A stretch of 9,902 nucleotides of DNA from Tubiluchus corallicola. Its lineage: Eukaryota; Animalia; Priapulida. Location of the stretch: contig JAQGDQ010002192.1 in NCBI GenBank assembly GCA_030141605.1, positions 1-9,902 on the forward strand. The letters run 5' to 3'. Below, piece after piece: positions 1 through 7,597 of the stretch (positions within the stretch are counted from its first letter, which is position 1; the number at the start of each line of letters is the position of its first letter). Under the pieces are notes generated by a model. That model was given only the letters and a program-made list of their open reading frames with translations. It did not search any database and was not told the DNA's origin. The position numbers and the translations under genes were made by a program.

Positions 1-515
1 CCCAATATGGGCATATTATGTTCAAATGTTACACACAGCAACACAAGAACAAAGTTACTAAAGAAAATGTTCTAAACAGTAGCTCTACCAAACGTATGGT
101 TTACAAGGAATTTTACCCGGAGTTCAAAACCCCAAACATACCAGAAAACACAAATACTACAGAAAAATACCGCATAGCTTTCTTTAGACTAAGGCTACAA
201 GTGCATCACTTAAGAATTGAGAACGGTAGATGGGATGATGAAGATAGAAACAACCGCTATGTACATGCGGAGATATACAAACAGGAAAACATGTATTAAT
301 GAACTGTGATTTAACTACTAAAATAGCGTAGTGAACTAGTAAAATAGCTACTTGAAATACCATTGCGTGAACTTTTTTGCACTGTCTAATACTACGGAGA
401 GCAAACATGCATTTATTGAAAAGAACAATGGACAGTAAATTTTATTATTTTCCGGCACCCCACTTTTTGTATCAATCATTGTATTTATAGTCAATAAACT
501 TTACTACTGCTACTA
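1..515 (+). mobile_element. 3' end of a decayed non-LTR retrotransposon (LINE): ORF2 C-terminus, 3' UTR, poly(A) signal and microsatellite tail
   Basis: The frame of ORF 18..299 is open from the window start and reads 'RIAFFRLRLQVHHLRIENGRWDDEDRNNR'. This resembles the 'R..SH.L.IE.GRW....R..R.C' motif at the C-terminus of many invertebrate LINE ORF2 proteins. A 1-nt shift at ~257 continues as LCTCGDIQTGKHVLMNC (257-307), a CCHC zinc knuckle, with a stop at 329-331. AATAAA at 493-498 is followed by a (TAC)n-like tail (TACTACTGCTACTA, 502-515). The clade cannot be assigned by eye. Confidence 0.8.
3..331 (+). pseudogene. Frameshifted C-terminal fragment of a LINE ORF2 with a CCHC zinc knuckle
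   Basis: Joining frame 3 (up to R at 255-257) to frame 2 (from 257) gives ...HLRIENGRWDDEDRNNR/LCTCGDIQTGKHVLMNCDLT. It is disrupted by a frameshift. Confidence 0.75.
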
Positions 516-1327
516 TGATTATAGCTAACAGTGAAATTTTCTGAATATAGGCGAAGTAGCCTAAACTCATGGTGTGATATTTCTATGTCTTTTATTGACA
601 CGCAGGTTGATACAGATATGATACAAAAACATGTTGAAATATACATGAAAAACCAAATCAATATATGGTCTATGTAAAATGTAACATAATTATGTGACAT
701 TAGCAATGCAATTCTGCAGTTTGTTAGTAACAGTATTTTGATACAGTAAGACATTTTTCGGATCTGGAAAAAAACAGGATAGTCGCGTTTAGCTATAGAT
801 ATGACAAAGTTATTACAGATGTTACCAAAAGTTTGAACATTTTAAACATGTAAAATTAGAAAAAAAATCATACAAGCTTACACATTGTGACATCTATGAT
901 ATCACGAATGAGCACTACGTTTCGTTAAACTATCATTAACATCCAACATGACAACATGAAAGTAACAGCAAAACTAGTTCTTATGACAATTACTTATGAC
1001 ACAGGTAATAATAAATTCAACACGATCCAAAAACAAAACACAATAAAAAAGATATTAATGAATAATTGTCAACAAGGCTAAGTTCAAGATGACAAGCTAT
1101 AAGCAGACGTTGTTAGTAGATACAATATGATACAGTAATGATACAAGATACAACCCTCATATCTACCTGCGAACTCTATAAATAATAGCTAATAGCAACC
1201 AGATTCAGAAATTTTTGCAAATATTTTTGTTAAGCCAACTGCTATTCTTTTTTGTAATAGAATATGGAAGCGTATCTTACTGTTTTTCACACAATCGATA
1301 CGATCAGGTAATTCAAAGAAATAAAAT

Positions 1328-2400
1328 CTACATGAAAACAGCAACAATATCATTTACAACACGTATAAAGTTACCACAAACTAATGCATTGCATCAAATT
1401 TCTCTTTATTTCCGGTAGTATAGAACTTTGATAACATTTTTCTGACTTCTTGGTCTACTAAAAGCCAACTAAGAGTAAATGGTCAGAAGTATGTGCTTCC
1501 CCACTATGACAAGCGCATTCTTTGGTGGATGCTTCCCAAAAGTTGCATAAAAAGATGGCGTTCCTCTTTTCAATAGCAAGTTTATTGCTTTGTTTTCTTC
1601 GCGTCTTTGCTATTATTTAATGGTAAACTTAGTGTCTTTAGTTCTGGGGTTGTAATAACTGTGGCCACGTCATCTATTTCCTGTGTTGAATTCATCACCT
1701 CCACTAAGAACTTTGGAATTTGTCACATTCTTGTCTGGTACAACGTAGATTAATATATACAGCGAGACTGCCATTTCTCATATTATCTCATATTAAATCT
1801 TTTAAATGTTTTTACGAAAGTTTTTCTCCTGGTCAAGCAATTTTTTACAAGATGATTATTTATTCGACAATTTAAAGGCAATGCTTCACAAGTTAATATT
1901 TCTTGCTTAGGTAAGTGCTCATCAGGACACCTCTGCGTTTTTAATATAAGTTTACTGACTATACAAAAAACTTCGTGTACTAAAAGCCTGCACAAATACA
2001 TTCAATATCACATTTCCTGGGACTGTACCCCACCCCCGTCATACCACAAACGATCGAAATCACTGGCATCACAACAGATTTGAATAATCTAATAATGGTT
2101 GCCATTCTTAAAACCTCATTTTTACAGATTACACTGCTAAACTTAGCCGATTTTTTTCAAGAACTTTGTCTGGCTGTAGATGTATGGCTATTAAAATTCA
2201 TACCTTTATCAATAGTAATTCCAAGCACTTTGCTGTTATTAACATAATTTATCTCTTTATTACAAAAAAGTGTAATTTTGGCAAGTTGGAATTTTGATTA
2301 TTTTCAAAATCAATAGCTTTTGTTTTGTTTAAATTACATTTCAAAATTTGCCAACATTTGTATCACCAGGAGTATAGTTTATTACATGACAACTGAACAA
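1328..2400 (-). mobile_element. Decayed LINE ORF2 fragment (RT C-terminal/thumb region through zinc knuckle), convergent with the first LINE
   Basis: Minus-strand translation from 2398 gives VQLSCNKLYSW*YKCWQILKCNLNKTKAIDF (the LQ..L..W...W.L..N..KT motif). After a frameshift it gives EINYVNNSKVLGITIDKGMNFNSH (K.LG+.+D..+.F..H, ~2184-2257), then TIIRLFKSVVMP (~2064-2099) and MTGVGYSPRKCDIECI. At ~1469-1520 it gives ECACHSGEAHTSDHLLL, a CxC...H knuckle whose last Cys is lost. The motif order matches LINE ORF2, with several stops and frameshifts. The ends are approximate and the 3' UTR may extend toward ~590. Confidence 0.8.
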
Positions 2401-2422
2401 TTCATACCAGTTTTTAATAATA

Positions 2423-2457
2423 AAGAGAGAGAGAGGGGGGAGAGAGGGGAGAGAGAG
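2423..2457. repeat. Imperfect (GA)n / G-run purine microsatellite
   Basis: AAGAGAGAGAGAGGGGGGAGAGAGGGGAGAGAGAG, an uninterrupted purine tract. Confidence 0.95.
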
Positions 2458-2578
2458 TCCATCGTCCTTGAATACAGGGCCAGGCTAATGACTTTTTAGG
2501 ATGAAGACAAAGATTGCTCTCACTGTTTGGATTCTGCAACTTGAAAAATGCACTTAACCTCCAAGCTATTACCGGTAG

Positions 2579-2898
2579 AGAGCGCTTATTTTCTGTTCCT
2601 GGCCGAGCAAATATTTTGCAAAGCTAGTTTTCAAAGGAGAGAAAGTTTGAGAACACTCTGCCCTTGGGAAGAGCAAATAATTGTGGAAGCTGCTAGGGGG
2701 CGAAAGCGCATTCTTCTACCTGAGTAAATATTTTGCAAAGGAAATTTACAAAAGAACAGAAAGTATGAGAGCACTCACCCCCTGGGAAGAGCAATTAGAT
2801 GCACAGAGCGCTTATTGTGTTCTAGGAGAGTAAATGTTTGGCAAAGCTAATTATTTAAATAACAAAAGATTTGCGAGCGCTCACCCCCAGGGAAGAGC
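2579..2898. repeat. Three degenerate tandem units of about 106-118 bp
   Basis: All three units share blocks AGCGC...GAGYAAATRTTTKGCAAAG...AAAG..TG.GA.C.CTC..CCC..GGGAAGAGC. GGGAAGAGC starts at 2666, 2784 and 2890. Confidence 0.85.
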
Positions 2899-3201
2899 TT
2901 AGAACTGTTTACCTTTGAGATAACTGTCTTTTCTTTCGAAAATAAGCCCCAGAGGCCATGACACTAATCCGTCTTTTTTGTTATCTTTTAGCGCCTGGGA
3001 AGTGAAAGGTATGCGAGCCTGGGAACAGACAGATTATTTGACCGTCACGCTGATTCACAAGCGGCATTCCCATTTTACCTGTGAAAGAAGATTATCTTTT
3101 CCGAGGAAAAAGTGGTGAAAATTTTCCACCAACATGTTCGTTTTGCAATTTTAAATTTTATGAGTTGGGATTCCCTTTTAATGTGTCTTACCGCTATAAA
3201 A

Positions 3202-3300
3202 TATAATAATAATAATATTAATAATAATAATTATAGTAGTAGTAGTAGTGATTATTATTATTATTTATTATTATCACTATTAATATTGTTATTATTATTA
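3202..3300. repeat. Compound trinucleotide microsatellite (AAT)n-(AGT)n-(ATT)n
   Basis: Read directly from the sequence. It accounts for the poly-N/S/Y/L ORF 3112..3303. Confidence 0.95.
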
Positions 3301-3528
3301 TAACATTTTAATTAAACTTACGAATTCGACAATTTTAAAAGTAGTGCCCAACAATTAGATTTTGACGAATGTATGAAAAAACGATGAAAATTAAGCTGTA
3401 GTGATAAAATGTTGAATAAACCGCTAGGGTACAGTACATGTCACTCAATGTCGTCTATCATTTGAAGTTAAAAATCTGAAATGCGAATAAACTGATTGCC
3501 AGATTATACAGAAAAATGAACAATTAAA

Positions 3529-3560
3529 TACAGGGTCGCCCAGAAAATGTCCCCCAAAGT
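3529..3560 (+). mobile_element. Possible solitary Tc1/mariner-type terminus (TA|CAGGGT...)
   Basis: TA at 3529-3530 is followed by CAGGGTCGCCCAGAAAATGTCCCCC, similar to the CAGGGT start of many Tc1/mariner TIRs. I found no partner inverted repeat in the window. Confidence 0.25.
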
Positions 3561-5389
3561 TACTAGTAACTCTTCATCTTGGAACAGGCGTTTGTAAAAG
3601 AGCTCTCATCAATGTCTAGCCCGTTTTCTCCTTTTTCCAGAAAAACTACAAATTTTCCCCAACCTCTCCATCAAGCGCCTTAGTTATTTTAATTAATAAT
3701 TTTATACTTTTAGAAAATCTAAGACAACAATTATAGTTTAGTAAACTTCTCACAGTTCAAATATAAACTCTCGATTCAAAATGAAACGAAGAATCTGATG
3801 CACTGCGCCAAAATCGCGAGCCCAGTTTCGTTTAGCCAGAAAATTAAATTTTCACTGTTTATAGGGAACAATGCCTAGGGGGACTGTTAGAAATCAATAC
3901 ATACACTAAATACTAATTTTTCAACTGCAGGGCTGTAAAAAAGTGTAAAGCTTTGACTTTTTCCCGCTGGGATTCACCTTTCTCGTGCTTTTCCCATCTT
4001 AGCTGTTAATCTTTATCCTCTGACAACATTCATACAGTTTTTTGAGATGTAAAAATATAAACCAATTTACTTCTTCCATGCCAGCTTCCGTATTTATCTG
4101 CGTGTATAACATGAAATTGATGAAGCCATTTCTGCAAAAATTTCCCATCATTGCCTTACTCTCGGAACTTCAGTTCTCAGGTTTCGGCATGCGCAGTAGG
4201 AAGTAGTAGCCGGCTGGCCAATATTCATTTAATATCAAGAAAATAATGTAATGATTGAATGTTAAAAGTGTTAAAACATAGGGAAAATAAAGTATTTTTA
4301 TAAAGTCAAGCTTATTGGCACAAAAAAAAGAAAATTATTAAACCTTGTAATGGTGATCCTTCTTTATCGGTTCATCTTAAATCATTTTGTGTTGATTTTT
4401 CGTGGCGTGTGCTACACAAAGAGGGCAAATTGTGTAGAAGCGCCCCTACCTCCCCTTCCAGCTAGGGAGTGTTTTTTTGCACTAAAGGCAACTTAAAATG
4501 AAACTAACTGTAGAATCTTAACAAGTAAAAACAGTACAATAGCTAAAAATAGTCTAAGCTTTCTGGACATTTTGCTTCTTTCATTTTTGTTTCTCATTTT
4601 TTCACGTCATCTATACTCTTATATTAATATTCTTGGTATGGGCTTAATATATAAGATTCGAGGCTACAGCCCGGACGAGGGCACCATTTGCGGCGATCTA
4701 TATATCAAACGAAAGGCCTCGGTTTAGTGTCGTGCCATTGATGGTTTATTTTTCGAATCGGGCCCACCGGGAGGAACGGGCGGCGAAAAACCTCCAAAAA
4801 TGGCCATTTTTCAGCCGTTTTTTTGCAAAAGTTATACGGCTGAGATGTAGAGAACGGGAACGGGCCGAGGGTGGTGCTGGCTACGAATAGATAGCCCGTT
4901 CAGCGATGGGTGTCATAGGCCTATTTAGAATTCGCGAGAGGGCCACGGCGTCCCGTAACGGGCATTTTTCCGGACCCAACTCGCGATTTTTTTCGAAATT
5001 TTGACCAAATAGCCTTTGGAAAAAACGTTCTAGCGGCGCCTGGTGGGACTCTCGGAAGAAGATATATGGCTCATCAGAAAGAGGAAGAACGGGGCTACAC
5101 GATGATGTGGGCTATATTTTAGGGCAGGTCCACTGAGAGGAGTACCGACGAGTTAATTAGATGTTCTATTTTCGGCAATTTTCGCTTAGAAAACTGCTGA
5201 CGCAAAGCCATTGTTCTGACGTCATCCATTATACTTTGTCTACAAGCTTATAGCTTTAATTCAGCAAAAAGCTGCCTGCTACGGGTTTGCGTTAGTTAAA
5301 CAAACAGTAGGCAGGATGTTACAGGCTTTGTGTTATACATGAGGACTAGGTAGGATGTTCGCGTATTATTGATTACACGTGGTTTTTTA

Positions 5390-5418
5390 CGCAAAATCTT
5401 TTGCGGGGCCTTTGCTAT
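5390..5418 (+). other. Internal Helitron 3'-terminus-like motif (hairpin plus degenerate CTAG), copy 1
   Basis: CGCAAAA-TC-TTTTGCG-GGGCCTTTG-CTAT parallels the terminal CACAAAA-TTCT-TTTTGTG-GGGTTTGG-CTAG. Confidence 0.65.
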
Positions 5419-5524
5419 TTATTATATTATAGCACATAGTTTCAACTTTGTGAAAAATGTTTGGAATGGTTTTGTTGTAATGCTGTGCTGTTGGTGCTTG
5501 TGCTATAGGTGTCGTCATCGTTGC

Positions 5525-5563
5525 CACCATCATCATCATCATCATCAACATCATGATCACCAC
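5525..5563. repeat. (CAT)n microsatellite inside Helitron copy 1
   Basis: CACCATCATCATCATCATCATCAACATCATGATCACCAC. Confidence 0.9.
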
Positions 5564-5581
5564 GTGAGGTGGTGGATTTAA

Positions 5582-6598
5582 TGTGGTGTGGTGGTGGTGT
5601 GTTTTGTGTGTTGTGATATGGATGGTGTGGTGGGGTGATAGGGTGTGTGGGGTGTGGTGTGGGTAGTGTGGTATGGAGTGGGTGGTGTGTGGGTGGGTGG
5701 GTGTTGTGGTGCAGTGTGGTGTTATGGTGTGGTGCAGTGCGGTGTGATGTGGTGGAGTATTATGGTATGGTGTGGTGCAGTGTGGTGTGGTGTGTGGGTG
5801 GTGCGGTGTGGTGCAGTGGTATGGTGTGGTGCAGTGTGGTGTGGGTGGTGTGGTGTGGTGTGTGGGTGGTGCAGTGTGGTATTATGGTGTGGTGCAGTGC
5901 GATGTGATGTGGTGGAGTATTATGGTGTGGATGGTGTGGTGTGGTGTGGTGTGTGGGTGGTGCAGTGTGGTGCAGTGGTATGGTGTGGTGCAGTGTGGTG
6001 TGATGTGGTGGAGTCGTATGGTGTGGGTGGTGTGGTGTGGTGTGTGGGTGGTGCGGTGTGCTGCAGTGATATGGTGTGGTGCAGTGTGGTGTGATGTGGT
6101 GGAGTGGGTGGTGTGGTGTGTAGGTGGGTGGGTGGTGTGGTGCAGTGTGGTGTTATGGTGTGGTGCTGTGCGGTGTGATGTGATGTGGTGGAGTATTATG
6201 GTGTGGTGTGGTGTGGTGTGTGGGTGGTGCAGTGGTATGGTGTGGTGCAGTGTGGTGCAGTGTGGTGTGATGTGGTGAAGTGGCATGGTGTGGTGTGGTG
6301 CAGTGGTATGGTGTGGTGCAGTGTGGTGTTATGGTGTGGTGCTGTGCGGTGTGATGTGGTGGAGTGTTATGGTGTGCATGGTGTGGTGTGTGGGTGGTGC
6401 AGTGGTATGGTGTGGTGCAGTGTGGTGTGATGTGGTGGAGTGGTATGGTGTGGGTGGTGTGGTGTGTAGGTGGTATGGTGTGGTGCGGTGCGGTGTGGTG
6501 GTATTGTGTGGTGCAGTGTGGTGCGATGAGGTGGAGTGGTATGGTGTGGTGCAGTGTGGTGTGATGAGGTGGAGTGGTGTGGTGTGGGTTGTGTGTTG
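5582..6598. repeat. GT-rich satellite built on (GTGTG)n pentamer variants, about 1017 bp
   Basis: It is built from TGTGG, TATGG, TGCAG, TGTGA, TGGAG and TGCGG pentamers. A GGAGT landmark recurs mostly every 76-96 bp. Confidence 0.97.
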
Positions 6599-7408
6599 AT
6601 TTGTGCACAAAATTCTTTTTGTGGGGTTTGGCTAGTCTCTTATATTAATATTCTTGGTATATATATTTATATATATATAAGATTCGAGGCTACAGCCCGG
6701 ACGAGGGCACCATTTGCGGCGATCTATATATCAAACGAAAGGTCTCGATCTAGTGTCTTCTCATTGATGGTTTATTTTTCGAATCGGGCCCACCGGGAGG
6801 AAGGCAAGGCGAAAAACCTCCAAAAATGGCCATTTTTCGGCCGTTTTTTTTGCAAAAGTTATACGGCTGAGATGTAGAGAACGGGAACGGGCCGAGGGTG
6901 GTGCTGGGTATGGATAGATAGCCCGTTCAGCGGTGGGTGTAGTAGGCATATTTAGAATTCCCGAGAGGGCCACGGGGTCCCGCAACGGGCATTTTCCCGG
7001 ACCCAACTCGGATTTTTTCGAAATTTCGGCCAAACGGCCTGCGGAAAAAACGTTCTAGCGGCGCCCGGTGGGACTCTGGGAAGGAGATATACGGCTCATC
7101 AGAAAGAGAAAGAACAGGGCTACACGATGATGTGGGCTATATATTAGGACAGGTCCACCGAGAGGAGTACCAACGAGTTAATTAGATGTTCTATTTTCGG
7201 CAATTTTCGCTTAGAAAACTGCTGACGCAATGCCATTGTTGTGACGTCATCCATTGTATTCTGTCTATAATCTTATAACTTTAATTCAGCAAAAAGCTAC
7301 AGGCTTTGCGTTAGTTAAACAAACAGTAGGCATGATTTTACGGGCTTTGTGTTATAAATGAGGACTAGGTAGGATGTTCGCGTATTATTGATTACACGTG
7401 TATTTATA

Positions 7409-7437
7409 CGCAAAATCTTTTGCGGGGCCTTTGCTAT
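7409..7437 (+). other. Internal Helitron 3'-terminus-like motif, copy 2
   Basis: Identical to 5390-5418. Confidence 0.65.
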
Positions 7438-7543
7438 TCATTATATTATAGCACATAGTTTCAACTTTGTGAAAAATGTTTGGAACGGTTTTGTTTTAAT
7501 GCTGCGCTGTTGGTGCTTGTGCTATATGTGTCGTCATCGTTGC

Positions 7544-7579
7544 CACCATCATCATCATCACCATCAACATCATGATCAC
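7544..7579. repeat. (CAT)n microsatellite inside Helitron copy 2
   Basis: Equivalent of 5525-5563. Confidence 0.9.
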
Positions 7580-7597
7580 GTGAGGTGGTGGATTTGA

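Larger units (their letters stand above)
4610..6635 (+). mobile_element. Non-autonomous Helitron (rolling-circle transposon), copy 1, 2026 bp
   Basis: The 5' end is A|TCTATACT (A4609, TC at 4610-4611). The 3' end has an 18-nt hairpin CACAAAA-TTCT-TTTTGTG (6606-6623), an 8-nt spacer and CTAG (6632-6635). The limits of similarity between the two copies coincide with these termini. There is no Rep/helicase ORF, no TIR and no TSD. Confidence 0.85.

Noticed and set aside
3112-3303. 63-aa ORF with poly-N/S/Y/L
   Set aside because: It is a translation of the compound microsatellite.
5031-5046. CTCF-like site (minus strand CCACCAGGCGCCGCTA)
   Set aside because: It mismatches the core AGRKGGC positions, copy 2 has a further mismatch, and the host lineage is unknown.
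5369-5581. Duplicated 70-aa Cys/poly-His ORF (also 7388..7597) that looks like a metal-binding peptide
   Set aside because: It starts at TTG, the His run is a (CAT)n microsatellite, it spans the internal Helitron terminus, and many differences between the copies change amino acids. It is duplicated only because the element is.
5582-6598. Telomeric repeat tract (TG-rich)
   Set aside because: There is no fixed telomerase-type unit such as TTAGGG or TTAGG, and the tract is internal to a transposon with the same flanks in both copies.
5635-6610. Many overlapping ORFs rich in W/C/G/V (+) or H/T/P (-)
   Set aside because: They arise in all frames because the GT pentamer satellite seldom produces stop codons. 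There is no domain content, and the frames are not preserved in copy 2.
6536-7033. ORFs 6536..6877 (+) and 6761..7033 (-)
   Set aside because: The first crosses the satellite, the CTAG|TC junction and a (TA)n tract. Indels between the copies break both frames in copy 1. Neither shows HUH or helicase motifs.
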